Assembly (NCBI GenBank): GCA_902555985.1
Contig: CACDUI010000003.1
Location: forward strand, 12,432-76,431
Source: an uncultured Candidatus Actinomarina sp.
Lineage (GTDB): Bacteria > Actinomycetota > Acidimicrobiia > Actinomarinales > Actinomarinaceae
Length of the DNA stretch: 64,000 bases
Reading direction: 5' to 3'
In this document: positions 10,112-21,051 of the stretch, in pieces
Position numbering within the stretch: the stretch's first letter is position 1
Layout of the letters: every line of letters starts with the position of its first letter
Made by a program: the position numbers and the translations under genes
The notes under the pieces: model-generated
What the model saw: only the letters and a program-made list of their open reading frames with translations
Told to the model about the DNA's origin: nothing
The model's database searches: none

Positions 10112-11311
10112 ATGAACATTGTCATAGTTGGTACAGGCTATGTTGGCTTAGTTACTGGTGTTGGTTTCGCAGAACAAGGTCATAAAGTATCATTTATAGA
10201 CCTTGATTCTTCAAAGATTGAAAAACTTAAAAATAAACAATTACCTTTTTTTGAACCGGATTTAGATACTTATTTTTCAAAAGAAGAAAACTTTAAACGT
10301 ATGTCTTTTAATTCAAGCTATAACTCACTTAATTGGGATGATTCGGAGATTGTTTTTATTTGTGTTCAAACCCCTAATAATACTGAAACAAACTCGGTTG
10401 ATACAAAATTTTTAGAGTCTGCGATTAGTGAAATTTCAAAATTAGATAATAAAGAAATAGTTATTACAGTTAAATCAACGATTCCACCATATGAGATTGA
10501 AAATGTCTGTAATAATGTTGGTTATGATCAAAATCTTCTAACTTTCAATCCTGAATTTTTACGAGAAGGAAGTGCTGTCTATGATTTTTTCAATCCAGAT
10601 CGAATTGTAATAGGTGGTTTAAATACAGAAAAAACAAATAAATTGCAAGAGCTATATAAAGGCTACGAAGCAGAAATTATAGTAACTGACCCTATAAGTT
10701 CACAATTAATTAAATATCTTGCAAATACATATCTTCCAATGAGATTATCTTTTGTAAACGAGGCCACAAGACTCTCGAATTATTCAGGTGCCAATCTGAT
10801 AGATGTTTTAAAAGGTGTAGGGCTAGATACTAGGATTGGTTCGCATTATTTCAGGCCTTCACCGTCCTGGGGTGGATCATGTTTTCCAAAAGACTTAGTA
10901 GAAGTAAATAATTTTTATGAAAAAGATAAATTAAAATTACCTCTAATTTCGAATATCATTGAATCAAATAACGAACACTTAAATTGGACTGTAAATCAAC
11001 TTCTTTCCTTGAAAAATAATAATAATCTGGAAGAATTTGTTTTAGTTGGCGCAGCTTTTAAAGAAAATACAGATGACTTTAGGAATTCTCCTACACTTGA
11101 TATTTATAAAATATTAGATGATATGGGAGAGCAAGTCACTATATTAGATACTGAATTTGAAGTACCAAATCATAATTATATTTCATCAGTTCAAGACGTG
11201 GCTTCAAAATCATTAATTTCAATTATGTATCCTGTTAATGATGAATTAGATAAAAAATTATTAGATTATACATCTCTAAATAAATGTATTATTTATTATC
11301 CTTGGAGATAG
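10112..11311 (+). CDS. UDP-glucose 6-dehydrogenase family nucleotide-sugar dehydrogenase
   Basis: 399 aa. N-terminal Rossmann motif IVIVGTGYVGLVTG and catalytic-Cys motif GGSCFPKD are present. Confidence 0.75.
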   Translation: MNIVIVGTGYVGLVTGVGFAEQGHKVSFIDLDSSKIEKLKNKQLPFFEPDLDTYFSKEENFKRMSFNSSYNSLNWDDSEIVFICVQTPNNTETNSVDTKFLESAISEISKLDNKEIVITVKSTIPPYEIENVCNNVGYDQNLLTFNPEFLREGSAVYDFFNPDRIVIGGLNTEKTNKLQELYKGYEAEIIVTDPISSQLIKYLANTYLPMRLSFVNEATRLSNYSGANLIDVLKGVGLDTRIGSHYFRPSPSWGGSCFPKDLVEVNNFYEKDKLKLPLISNIIESNNEHLNWTVNQLLSLKNNNNLEEFVLVGAAFKENTDDFRNSPTLDIYKILDDMGEQVTILDTEFEVPNHNYISSVQDVASKSLISIMYPVNDELDKKLLDYTSLNKCIIYYPWR

Positions 11312-11312
11312 A

Positions 11313-12242
11313 GTGAATATATTAATAACAGGTGGTGCAGGGTTTGTTTGTTCCCACTTAGCTGACAAATTGTATGAAAAAAAACACAACTTATTTTTAC
11401 TTGATAATTTATTAACTGGAAACAAAAGAAATATAGATCATTTGTTAGGAAATGAAAATGTTAGATTTATTGAACACGATGTTCAAAATCATATTGAAAT
11501 TTCTGATGAAATAGATTTTATATTTCATTTTGCAAGTGCAGCATCTCCAATTGCTTACCAAGAAAATCCTATAAATACTTTAAAAGCAGGAAGTATTGGG
11601 ACTATCAACACTCTTGGATTAGCTAAAGTAAAAAAAGCAGACTATCTTTTAGCATCAACTTCAGAAATTTACGGTGATCCTGAAGTCTCGCCACAAAGCG
11701 AAAATTATTGGGGTAACGTTAATCCAAATGGAGAAAGAAGCATGTATGATGAAGCAAAACGGTTTGCTGAAGCAGCTACTGCAACATACAGCAGAACATA
11801 CAGTTTAAATACAAAGGTTGTGAGGATCTTCAACACATATGGTCCAAGAATGCAATTGAATGATGGTAGAGTTGTGACTAACTTTATTGTGCAAGCACTC
11901 AATAATGAAAATATAACTGTTTATGGGGATGGATTACAAACTAGGAGTTTTTCTTATGTTGATGATACAGTAGGTGGAATTATTGCCTTGATGGAATCTG
12001 ATCATAATGATGTGTTTAATATTGGAAATCCTAACGAAATAACTGTTAATGAACTTGCAACAAGAATTATCAGTTTAACAAATTCTAATTCAAAGTTAAT
12101 CAATAAAGATTTACCGAAGGATGATCCCAAACAAAGAAGACCGGACATTACTAAGGCAAAAAATTTACTTAAATGGGAACCTAAAATCGAACTTGAAGTC
12201 GGTTTAACTAAAACTATTGATTGGGTTAACTCACAATTGTAG
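11313..12242 (+). CDS. UDP-glucuronate decarboxylase (UDP-xylose synthase), extended SDR
   Basis: 309 aa with TGGAGFVCSHL. The hallmark UXS motifs YDEAKRFAEAATATYSR, RIFNTYGPRM and DGRVVTNFIVQAL are present. It lies immediately downstream of the UDP-glucose dehydrogenase gene. Confidence 0.75.
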   Translation: MNILITGGAGFVCSHLADKLYEKKHNLFLLDNLLTGNKRNIDHLLGNENVRFIEHDVQNHIEISDEIDFIFHFASAASPIAYQENPINTLKAGSIGTINTLGLAKVKKADYLLASTSEIYGDPEVSPQSENYWGNVNPNGERSMYDEAKRFAEAATATYSRTYSLNTKVVRIFNTYGPRMQLNDGRVVTNFIVQALNNENITVYGDGLQTRSFSYVDDTVGGIIALMESDHNDVFNIGNPNEITVNELATRIISLTNSNSKLINKDLPKDDPKQRRPDITKAKNLLKWEPKIELEVGLTKTIDWVNSQL

Positions 12243-13287
12243 CGATAACTCTATTGAATATTGTTTTAATGGACTGATTTGATACATTTTTTTGGCCTAA
12301 TTTAATAATTTCTAACAAATTTTTTTCTTCTAAATCATATACTAAATTTAATTTCTTAGTCAATGATGATTGATTTAATTTAAAGTTTGTAAATGAAGTT
12401 AATTCTTCTTTAAAAAGTATGTTGTAATCCGTATTTGAATAAAAGTTAAAAAGACCAGCTGATAGTGTTTCTAAAACGGATTTATCATAAAATCCAAAAG
12501 GTGTTGCGTTTATATGAAACGAATAATTTTTTAAGATAGATGGTAAGCTTTTGTGAGTAACTTTACCTTTAAAAAATACATTATCATTATGAAAATATTT
12601 TTCCTTTAGGTATTTTTTATATTCTTTATCTTTAGCAGTAACCGAATCACCCACAATAGTTATTGAGTTATTATGAAATTTACTATTTAGAAAACAATCT
12701 ATAGCCAATTCAATATTTTTAGATTGAGATACTCTACTTAAAATAATAAATTCTTTATTTAAAAGATCTCTTCTTTCATTATGAAATAATTGATAATCAA
12801 TAGCATGTCCTATAATTGCTACTTTTTTTGATTTATATGGAAATGAGGAATTAGAGGCTGTTACAACCTTATCACTAAAAATTAGACTTAGGAGAAGAAT
12901 AGCTCTTTTAGAAAATTCTTTTGGTTTGGGATGTGTGTACCAAAGGATTCTAGGGGTCTTTCTATTTTTGGAATAAATTCTAGTTAGAACTAAAAGTAGT
13001 GGAGACATATGTGAAAAACACAAGTCGTAGTTTGTTATGGTTGTTAATTTTTGAATAAGATTTTTAATTTGAATATATTTTTTCAATTTTGAAGACTTAT
13101 CACTATTTGAAATTCCATAGATCTTAATGTTTTCGTGTTCAGTAATTTCAGTAGGTCTATTTAATGTAATTACGTCAACATTTTTAAAATTTTCTGAGAA
13201 TTGATCTGTCCAAGTTTTCGCAAAACCTAAAGATATATCCTTTTCATCAACCGATAGGTTTAAATATAAAAGATTTTGCCTATTCAT
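12226..13287 (-). CDS. Putative GT-B fold glycosyltransferase
   Basis: 353 aa. There is a weak C-terminal FDKSVLETLSAGL (E..LEAxxxG-like) motif. The assignment is low confidence and rests mostly on context in the glycan cluster. Confidence 0.4.
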   Translation of the reverse strand: MNRQNLLYLNLSVDEKDISLGFAKTWTDQFSENFKNVDVITLNRPTEITEHENIKIYGISNSDKSSKLKKYIQIKNLIQKLTTITNYDLCFSHMSPLLLVLTRIYSKNRKTPRILWYTHPKPKEFSKRAILLLSLIFSDKVVTASNSSFPYKSKKVAIIGHAIDYQLFHNERRDLLNKEFIILSRVSQSKNIELAIDCFLNSKFHNNSITIVGDSVTAKDKEYKKYLKEKYFHNDNVFFKGKVTHKSLPSILKNYSFHINATPFGFYDKSVLETLSAGLFNFYSNTDYNILFKEELTSFTNFKLNQSSLTKKLNLVYDLEEKNLLEIIKLGQKNVSNQSIKTIFNRVIATIVS

Positions 13288-14392
13288 TACTTAGTATCAA
13301 TTCTGTATAATTTTTTATTGTTTCTTCGATATCAAATTTATTTTCTATTAATTTGTTTCCTTTTATAAATTTTTCTTCAGTATCACTTAAAGCTTTGTAA
13401 ATTGCATTTGCAACTGTTTCAACCTCAAATGAATTAACAAGATAGCCATATTTGTTATTATCAAGTAATTCAGAATTGCCCCCAAAATTAGAAGCGATAA
13501 CAGTTAATCCATAGTTCATTGCTTCAAGAACTGAATGTGGCATACCTTCGTAAGTTGAAATTTGTAAAAAATAATTTGAAGATTTATAAAAATTCTCAAG
13601 TTCCTTATCATGTTTTATACCTACTAAATTTACACAATCATTCAATTTAAGATTATTAATTAAATTATTTATGTTTTGGAACTCTGGTCCTTCACCTACA
13701 ATATTTAAAATAAAATCAACAGAGTATTTTTCTTTAACTACAGACAGTGATTTTAAAACTAGGTCTATATTTTTATGTCTAACTAATCTACTAACAATAA
13801 GAAATTCGTAATTATCTTTATTTTTTTGTACGCTATCAGATAGTTCAGTTCCATTATTAATTTTTAACAAATTACCTCTATACCCTAAGCTTTTAACAAA
13901 TGATAATAAATGTTTTGATGGTACCACAATTGTATTACTTGAGTTTAAAGTAATATTTCTTACAAATTTTAATAATTCAATTTTAAGAGAGTACTTTTTT
14001 TGCTGAAATTGATCGAAATCGTCATCAATTTTGTATTGGGTATAAAACTTTTCCCAAACAGGATCTCCAACAATTTTCCTTATTGTTTTTTTTCTGAGAA
14101 ATAAGTTTGCAATATACACCTCAAGCCAAAGGCCATTCACAAAAATTATATTTACATCTCGTCCTTTGTTAATAATCAATAAGACAGTTTTTAAGAAACG
14201 AAAAATTTTATTTTGCTTTCTAAATATTCTTGATACTTCATAGGAATAATTTTCAGTTTTTTCCACTTCTTCACTTAAGGTAATAATATTTAAAGTATGA
14301 TTTTCTGATAGTTTATTAGCTATAAGTGGTACAAATTTAGCTGGACCCCCAACATCTGGAGGAAATATTCCAGTTGTTATGAGAATATTCAT
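13280..14392 (-). CDS. Glycosyltransferase family 1 (GT4-type)
   Basis: 370 aa with the motif EGMPHSVLEAMNYGLTVIASNFGG. Confidence 0.65.
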   Translation of the reverse strand: MNILITTGIFPPDVGGPAKFVPLIANKLSENHTLNIITLSEEVEKTENYSYEVSRIFRKQNKIFRFLKTVLLIINKGRDVNIIFVNGLWLEVYIANLFLRKKTIRKIVGDPVWEKFYTQYKIDDDFDQFQQKKYSLKIELLKFVRNITLNSSNTIVVPSKHLLSFVKSLGYRGNLLKINNGTELSDSVQKNKDNYEFLIVSRLVRHKNIDLVLKSLSVVKEKYSVDFILNIVGEGPEFQNINNLINNLKLNDCVNLVGIKHDKELENFYKSSNYFLQISTYEGMPHSVLEAMNYGLTVIASNFGGNSELLDNNKYGYLVNSFEVETVANAIYKALSDTEEKFIKGNKLIENKFDIEETIKNYTELILSNE

Positions 14393-15361
14393 TTATTTTT
14401 TATTTTTTTTGGAATCGACTATATTTTCAACCATAAATTCAATATTTTTTGTTGGCTTCATACCAGTAAACTCAATTATTTTGTCTATACCAGGCGTACG
14501 TCTCTTAGGGTCTTCAAATGCTTTTCCAAAAACATCTTCATGACTTTTGTATATTATTTTTGAATTAGAATTGGTTTTAAAAATAACAAGTTCTGCGAGG
14601 TCTTTTATTGTAATTTCTTCAGTTTGCCCTATATTGAAAATTTCCCCATATGCTTTAATTTCTGCAAGTTTGATTAGGTAATTAACTACATCTTCAACCC
14701 AAGTAAATGATCTAGATTGAGAACCATCACCATGTATTAATATATCTTCATCTTTGAGTGCCGCTTCAATAAATTTTGGAACAACCATTCCATATTTTGA
14801 TAATTGGTTAGGTCCAATAATGTTAAATAATCTTACAATTATTGGTGAAATTTTCCCTTCTTCATATAGTGATAAAGCAATAAATTCATCAATCATTTTG
14901 GAAGCTGCATATGACCACCGTAATTTAGTTGTTGGGCCAATTAAACTTTTAGTTTCTTCAGTCCAGATATCATCTTCTGCAACACCATAAACTTCCGATG
15001 TTGAAGTTAGTAATACTGGAATATTGGTTGCTTGACATGCTTCAAAAACCTTATGAGTAGCTAAAATATTTGTTAAAAGCGAGTCGCTTAAATTGTCCAT
15101 AATATATTGAACTCCAACGCCAGCAGCAAGATGATAGCAAAAGTCATATGAACTAAATAAACTATCAAGATTTTCTATATCTTCAATTTTTGAATTAATA
15201 AATTCAATTCTTTTATCATTAAGAAATGATGAAATATTTGATTCACTTCCAGTGGATAAATCATCAATAATCAAAAGATTTTCAACATCTTTTTCAAGAA
15301 GTGCTTGTACGAGGCTAGAACCTATAAATCCTGCACCGCCGGTTATAATAATTTTTTTCAT
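14393..15361 (-). CDS. NAD-dependent nucleotide-sugar epimerase/dehydratase (extended SDR)
   Basis: 322 aa with ITGGAGFIGSSL, YAASK (YxxxK) and VRLFNIIGP. Confidence 0.7.
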   Translation of the reverse strand: MKKIIITGGAGFIGSSLVQALLEKDVENLLIIDDLSTGSESNISSFLNDKRIEFINSKIEDIENLDSLFSSYDFCYHLAAGVGVQYIMDNLSDSLLTNILATHKVFEACQATNIPVLLTSTSEVYGVAEDDIWTEETKSLIGPTTKLRWSYAASKMIDEFIALSLYEEGKISPIIVRLFNIIGPNQLSKYGMVVPKFIEAALKDEDILIHGDGSQSRSFTWVEDVVNYLIKLAEIKAYGEIFNIGQTEEITIKDLAELVIFKTNSNSKIIYKSHEDVFGKAFEDPKRRTPGIDKIIEFTGMKPTKNIEFMVENIVDSKKNKK

Positions 15362-15362
15362 T

Positions 15363-16337
15363 TTAATTAATATATGTAAAGTCTTTTATTTTGTCTTGAA
15401 ATGAAGAATACCATTCTATTGTTGCTTTAATACCGTCTTCAATATTTGTTTTTGGTTCCCATTTGAGTGTGTTTTTAGACTTAGAGAGACTAGGAAGAAC
15501 AACATCTGGGTCTCTAAAGGCTCTTGGCTCATTAACTACTTGTGCTTTTTTGTTTGAAAAATGCTCAATTATTTTGACAACTTCATTCAATGAAGAAGTT
15601 TTATTATTGCCTACATTAAATGTCTCGTTACTGTCACAATCCTGTACCTTAAGTAAAAGATCAACCACATCATCTATATACGTAAATGATCGTCTTTGCT
15701 CTCCATCACCAAAAATTTTTACTTCCTTGTTTTCCATTATCCAATGTATAAATCTCAATATTGACATATCTGGCCTTCCGTAAGGACCATATACTGTAAA
15801 AAATCTTGTAATTATTAAATTTGTATTATGAGACGAAAGTATTGTTTTAGCTAATGTTTCCCCGGATAACTTTGTTGATGCATAAATGGATGGTGGATTA
15901 ATCTTTTCATCTATGTCTTCAACCATCTCCTTTTCTCCACTATTACCATATATTGAGGAGGTAGAAGCAAGAATCATTTTTGAAATATTATTATTTTTAC
16001 AAAAATTAGCAACATTTGTTGTGGCTATTGTGTTGTCTTTTATGTAACTAAGAGGGTCGTTGAAGCTTTGCCTAACTCCGGCTCTTGCACCCATGTGATA
16101 AACAATATCGATATCTGCTAGATCATTAAGGGAATCTTCGTCAGATAAATCATTACTTATAAATTGAAAATTATTTTCTGATTCCAAGTTTTGTAGTCTT
16201 AGATCTTTAAATTTTTTATCGTAGGCATTATTTAGTGAGTCAATACCATATACATTGTTATTCTCTTTGATTAATGTTTTTGATAAATTAAAACCAATAA
16301 AGCCAGCACAACCGGTAACGAGAACATTTTTAGTCAT
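15363..16337 (-). CDS. NAD-dependent epimerase, UDP-glucuronate 4-epimerase-like (CapI/WbnF-like)
   Basis: 324 aa with VTGCAGFIGFNL, YASTK and TRFFTVYGPYGRPDMS (compare the RFFTVYGPWGRPDMA signature of UDP-GlcA 4-epimerases). Confidence 0.6.
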   Translation of the reverse strand: MTKNVLVTGCAGFIGFNLSKTLIKENNNVYGIDSLNNAYDKKFKDLRLQNLESENNFQFISNDLSDEDSLNDLADIDIVYHMGARAGVRQSFNDPLSYIKDNTIATTNVANFCKNNNISKMILASTSSIYGNSGEKEMVEDIDEKINPPSIYASTKLSGETLAKTILSSHNTNLIITRFFTVYGPYGRPDMSILRFIHWIMENKEVKIFGDGEQRRSFTYIDDVVDLLLKVQDCDSNETFNVGNNKTSSLNEVVKIIEHFSNKKAQVVNEPRAFRDPDVVLPSLSKSKNTLKWEPKTNIEDGIKATIEWYSSFQDKIKDFTYIN

Positions 16338-16478
16338 TTATATAATGCTAACAAAGAAAAAATGTATTAAACAAAAAAAATAAATACTGAGAATAAAATA
16401 AATAAGATGATAATTTACTAATAGGAGCTAAAAATTAAATTAAAAAACATTTTTCCATCAATCTTATTTTTAATCCCA

Positions 16479-17573
16479 TTGATTCCGCATTTTGAGGTTT
16501 ATGGTCCTTATTTGCATACAGATGATTTGCCGATTTTTATATTTTTGTCAATAGCTGTAACTTACATCATCAAAGATAAAATGTTTGTTTTAGATACGAC
16601 TGGAAAATATATTGTTTTATTTCTTATATTTTTAGTCTTGCAAAATCTATACATAAACCAAAGCCTTCTTTCTTCAGACATTTATAGGTTTGTATTTTAT
16701 TTTGTCTTGTATATTTTTATGACTAATAGTGATAGCAATTTTGATTATTTTTATCTTCCATTAATACTTTTTACAATTGTTGCAGGGTTTGCAGTAGGAG
16801 CATATGTATTCGAATTAAATTTTGGTAATGATGATTATCAAACATGGAATATAGGGTTTAATCCAAGTGATCTTGATTACTTAAAAGGCAGGATAAATGG
16901 TTTCCAAGCAGGCGGACCAAATAGTTTTGCTGATTTGATAACCATCACTGCTGTTTATAGTTTATTCAAATACAAGAATTCCTATGTATTTTTTATTGTT
17001 CCATTAGCACTATTTGCAGTAATAGTAACTTACTCAAGATTTTCTCTAGTAGTTCTTATGCTGTTTATATTTTTAAAGCTCATTAAAGAAAAATTGTATA
17101 CTGAATTAATTGTTTCAATATTGATATTGTTGTTTGCTGCAAATTCACTTGGAGTTTATGAGAGATTTATAAACGATGATAACAATGGTATTAGTGATAG
17201 GTTATTAATGTTAGAAGCATCGACAGACTATTTCATATCCAGTTCATTAGAATCAAAATTAATTGGAAATGGGTCAAATAAACTAATTTTTGAATCGAAC
17301 AATATATATCTTTATGACGAATTTGAAAAAAATCCATATAGTTATGGTCCTCATAACTCTTTTATTTTCTATCTTATAAATTATGGAATAGTTGGAATTT
17401 TATTGTATATTTTAATTTTTATGGCACTGTTTAAAAGACGATTACAATTTGATACTAATTTAATTACAGTCGCATTATTTTTTGTTCTCTCATGGTCAAC
17501 TGATTTATTACATAATCATTCTGTATCTTGGTTCTTATATTTTGTCTACTTTACCTACTTAAAAGCTGAATAA
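16479..17573 (+). CDS. O-antigen polymerase/ligase-like (Wzy family) polytopic membrane protein
   Basis: 364 aa and very hydrophobic, with at least 9 predicted TM segments and a periplasmic-loop Arg-containing region. Cluster context supports the call. Confidence 0.5.
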   Translation: MIPHFEVYGPYLHTDDLPIFIFLSIAVTYIIKDKMFVLDTTGKYIVLFLIFLVLQNLYINQSLLSSDIYRFVFYFVLYIFMTNSDSNFDYFYLPLILFTIVAGFAVGAYVFELNFGNDDYQTWNIGFNPSDLDYLKGRINGFQAGGPNSFADLITITAVYSLFKYKNSYVFFIVPLALFAVIVTYSRFSLVVLMLFIFLKLIKEKLYTELIVSILILLFAANSLGVYERFINDDNNGISDRLLMLEASTDYFISSSLESKLIGNGSNKLIFESNNIYLYDEFEKNPYSYGPHNSFIFYLINYGIVGILLYILIFMALFKRRLQFDTNLITVALFFVLSWSTDLLHNHSVSWFLYFVYFTYLKAE

Positions 17574-17619
17574 TAAAAAAATATAAATTACTTTTTATAG
17601 TCATATATCATTAAAAGTT

Positions 17620-18552
17620 ATGGATATATTAGTAGTAGGCGGTGCTGGCTACGTAGGTGGTGGCATTGTTGATTTACTTTCCAAAAAATACAAAGTTACA
17701 GTTTATGATTCTTTAATTTATGAAAATTCTTTTAGGAAAGATGTTGATTTTATATATGGCGACATAAGAGATTATCAAAAACTAAATCCAATATTAAAAA
17801 AATATGATGCAGTAATATGGCTGGCAGCTTTAGTTGGTGATGGAGCTTGTGCAATAAATCCAACTCTAACACATGAAATTAATGCAGAAACAGTAAATAA
17901 CCTCATTAAAAATTTTAAGGGAAAAATAGTATTCTTATCAACTTGTTCTGTCTATGGGGCTCAAGAAGGAGTGTTAAATGAAGATTCTTCCGTGAACCCT
18001 CTATCTGAATATGCATCTTCTAAACTAGTTGCTGAAAAGTATTTAGAGGATTCGAACGCAATAATTTTTAGATTAGGAACACTATTTGGTATTGGTGATC
18101 AATTTTCGAGAATACGTCTCGATCTAGTTGTGAATATTTTAACTACAAAAGCTCTACAAGATAAAAAAATGAGTGTGTTTGGAGGAGATCAGTGGAGACC
18201 CCTGCTTCATGTTAAAGATGTTGCTAATGCTATTGATAAAACTGTTGATGGAGATGTAAATGGTATTTTTAATTTACATCATAAAAATTATAAAATTATT
18301 GAGTTAGCTGAGAAAATCAAAGAAAAAATTCCAGATGTTGTAGTTGAAACCACACCACTCCCTTTTCAGGATACGAGGAATTATCAAGTTTCCAGTGAAA
18401 AGCTAAAGGCTAAAACAGGATTTGAAGCTTTAATTGATTTAGATCAAGGCATAAACGAAGTTTATGAATTAATTGCATCAAATAGAATAAAAGACATTAA
18501 TGACCCTAGGTATTCTAATCAATCATTTTTACAAACTTATGGAGTATCTTAA
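17620..18552 (+). CDS. NAD-dependent epimerase/dehydratase family protein
   Basis: 310 aa with VVGGAGYVGGGIV and YASSK. Confidence 0.65.
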   Translation: MDILVVGGAGYVGGGIVDLLSKKYKVTVYDSLIYENSFRKDVDFIYGDIRDYQKLNPILKKYDAVIWLAALVGDGACAINPTLTHEINAETVNNLIKNFKGKIVFLSTCSVYGAQEGVLNEDSSVNPLSEYASSKLVAEKYLEDSNAIIFRLGTLFGIGDQFSRIRLDLVVNILTTKALQDKKMSVFGGDQWRPLLHVKDVANAIDKTVDGDVNGIFNLHHKNYKIIELAEKIKEKIPDVVVETTPLPFQDTRNYQVSSEKLKAKTGFEALIDLDQGINEVYELIASNRIKDINDPRYSNQSFLQTYGVS

Positions 18553-18555
18553 GAT

Positions 18556-19002
18556 ATGAAACCGATACTTTTTGAAAGCAAGTCAAATTCAGATCATAGA
18601 GGTACAGTTTCATTTACAAACGAATTAAATCTAAGTACAGCTGTCAGAACCTACAAAGTAATTAATAATCAATCTAAAATTGTTAGGGCATGGCACGGAC
18701 ATAAAATAGAAGAAAAATGGATAAGCGTAGAAGATGGTGAGTTCTTGGTTTGTGCAGTTAAAATTGATGATTTTGAAAACCCAAATAAAAATCAAGAAGT
18801 CTTTAAGTTCAACATGACACCTGAAAGTGGGATATTATATATTCCAAATAATTATGCTAACGGTGCAATGAATTTGACTGAAAATAATGCTGTCAGATAT
18901 TATTCATCTCTTCTTTTAGAAGAATCTATAAAAGACGACTATCGATTTGAATCTAATTTTTGGGACCCATGGGGCGAGTTCAGTCCAAATCTTTATGAAT
19001 AG
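18556..19002 (+). CDS. Cupin-fold sugar epimerase/isomerase-like protein (RmlC / FnlB C-terminal-like)
   Basis: 148 aa, small and beta-rich. It lies between two SDR genes in a nucleotide-sugar module. The assignment is tentative. Confidence 0.4.
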   Translation: MKPILFESKSNSDHRGTVSFTNELNLSTAVRTYKVINNQSKIVRAWHGHKIEEKWISVEDGEFLVCAVKIDDFENPNKNQEVFKFNMTPESGILYIPNNYANGAMNLTENNAVRYYSSLLLEESIKDDYRFESNFWDPWGEFSPNLYE

Positions 19003-19897
19003 GATATTAGTACTTGGCAAAGATGGAATGTTGGGGACTATGGTTTCCAACTATTTCTCCTCTCTTAATGAATACGAAGTATATTTAACAAGTAGAAGAG
19101 ATGACCTCACAGTTTTTAATGATAATGTTCGAAAATTTGATGTATCAAAAGATCCACTAGAAATCTTAATCAATGAAATAAATCCTGACTTTTTAATAAA
19201 TTGTATTGGAATTATCAAGCCTGAAATAAATGAAGATAATAAAGAATCTATTGAGAAAGCCATAAATATTAATACTTACTTTCCTTTGAAGATTTCACAA
19301 TTGGCCAAAAATAAGAACTTCAAATATATTCAAATTGGAACTGATTGTGTATTCTCTGGTAGAGTAGGGGACTATCTCGAAGACGCTTCTCAAGATGCAA
19401 ACGACATTTATGGTAAAACTAAAATTGGTGGAGAAACTGAACATGCAGATAAATATATATTAAGAGGTAGCATCATAGGTCCCGAAAGCGGTGATGGTAA
19501 ATCATTGTTAAATTGGTTTCTGTCTCAAAATTCAAATAAAGTTAATGGTTTCTCAGACCATATGTGGAATGGTATAACTACTCTAAATTTTGCAAAAATA
19601 GTTGATGGAATGATTAAAAATAATAATTTTAATTTTCATACACAACATGTTGTTCCAAAAGATGAAGTTTCAAAATATGATTTGTTAATTTATTTCAAAA
19701 AATATTTTGACGTTGATGTAATCATTGAAAAATCAAATTCATCAAACTCAGTTAATAGAAGTTTAAAAACAAATAATCAGGATGAAAATATAAAATTATG
19801 GAAAGACGCTGGTTATAGCTCCGTTCCATCAATAGAGGAAAATATTAAGGAATTGTCTGAAAGCCATTTAACGAAAGGTATTCTTAATAATATATGA
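18995..19897 (+). CDS. RmlD-like (dTDP-4-dehydrorhamnose reductase family) SDR
   Basis: The ATG at 18995 gives MNRILVLGKDGMLG, an RmlD-type N-terminus. A YGKTK catalytic motif is present. The ORF-track start at 18947 is probably too early. Confidence 0.55.
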   Translation: MNRILVLGKDGMLGTMVSNYFSSLNEYEVYLTSRRDDLTVFNDNVRKFDVSKDPLEILINEINPDFLINCIGIIKPEINEDNKESIEKAININTYFPLKISQLAKNKNFKYIQIGTDCVFSGRVGDYLEDASQDANDIYGKTKIGGETEHADKYILRGSIIGPESGDGKSLLNWFLSQNSNKVNGFSDHMWNGITTLNFAKIVDGMIKNNNFNFHTQHVVPKDEVSKYDLLIYFKKYFDVDVIIEKSNSSNSVNRSLKTNNQDENIKLWKDAGYSSVPSIEENIKELSESHLTKGILNNI

Positions 19898-21051
19898 AAG
19901 AAATTGGATTAATTCTTGGAATAAGGCCTGACGTCATAAGGGCAAGTAAAATTATAAAGTTACTTAGTGAGAGTAGTGATATAGATTTTGATTTTATTTG
20001 GTCTGGACAACATTATTCAGAAAATATGAGAGATGTCTTTTTTAATCAATTAAATGTACCGGTTCCAGATTATGAATTTAATATTGATATCAAAAATGAT
20101 GCAACAACTGTCTCTTCTATAATAAATGAAACATACACACATTTAGAAAATCATAAATACAAAGCCGTTATGTTTTTAGGAGATACTAATACAGTTATGG
20201 GCTCAATAGCTGTAGCACAGCACAACATTCCAATTGTTCATATAGAAGGCTGCATGAGATCATATGATTGGAGAATGCCAGAAGAAAAATATAGAAAAAC
20301 AATAGATCATTTATCTGACAGAATATACTCCTATCTACCGTCTTATAAAAAACAGGGACTTAATGAGGGCATTTCTAAAAATATAATAAAAGTAACAGGA
20401 AATCCAATAGTTGATATTCTTGAAGAATTTAAAGATTTATTTAGCTCTGGTTGGGATTATCTAGATGAAAATGTTAAACAGTTTATAAATGATGAAGAAT
20501 TTTTACTTGTTACAAGCCATAGAAGAGAAAATATTTTAAATAAAAACAGCTTAAAAAATATAGTAGATTTGATAAATTCATCTGAAAAAAAAGTATTGTT
20601 TCCAATGGGATATGCTACCCAAAGGCAAATAAAAGAGTTTGGTTTTAATTTGAGCGACAATGTGTTGGTTATAGATCCAATAGGGTATTTAGAATTTATC
20701 TATCTACTAAAAAAATCTCAATATTGTATTTCAGATTCTGGAACAGTTGTTGAAGAGGCATGTATTTTAAATATTCCATCAATACAGATGAGGTACAGTA
20801 CTGAGAGGCCAGAAGTGTATGAGGTTGGTTCATCAATTAAATTTGATCCAACTTTAGAAGATCACAAATTTGAAGAGGTTCATTCAAAGGCAGATAGCTT
20901 GAAGAATATTGAATGGTCACATCCATTTGGGGATGGAACATCATCAAATGTAATAGTTGAGGATTTAATAGACTTAAGCAAGAACAACAAATTTCATATG
21001 CATAGTAAAGAAAATTATGATTTTGACATTTCAAGATCATTTTTACAATGA
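19894..21051 (+). CDS. UDP-N-acetylglucosamine 2-epimerase family (Cap5G/FnlC-like)
   Basis: 385 aa. The N-terminal GIRPDVIRASKII resembles the GTRPExIK motif of the WecB family. It overlaps the RmlD-like gene by 4 nt. Confidence 0.6.
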   Translation: MKEIGLILGIRPDVIRASKIIKLLSESSDIDFDFIWSGQHYSENMRDVFFNQLNVPVPDYEFNIDIKNDATTVSSIINETYTHLENHKYKAVMFLGDTNTVMGSIAVAQHNIPIVHIEGCMRSYDWRMPEEKYRKTIDHLSDRIYSYLPSYKKQGLNEGISKNIIKVTGNPIVDILEEFKDLFSSGWDYLDENVKQFINDEEFLLVTSHRRENILNKNSLKNIVDLINSSEKKVLFPMGYATQRQIKEFGFNLSDNVLVIDPIGYLEFIYLLKKSQYCISDSGTVVEEACILNIPSIQMRYSTERPEVYEVGSSIKFDPTLEDHKFEEVHSKADSLKNIEWSHPFGDGTSSNVIVEDLIDLSKNNKFHMHSKENYDFDISRSFLQ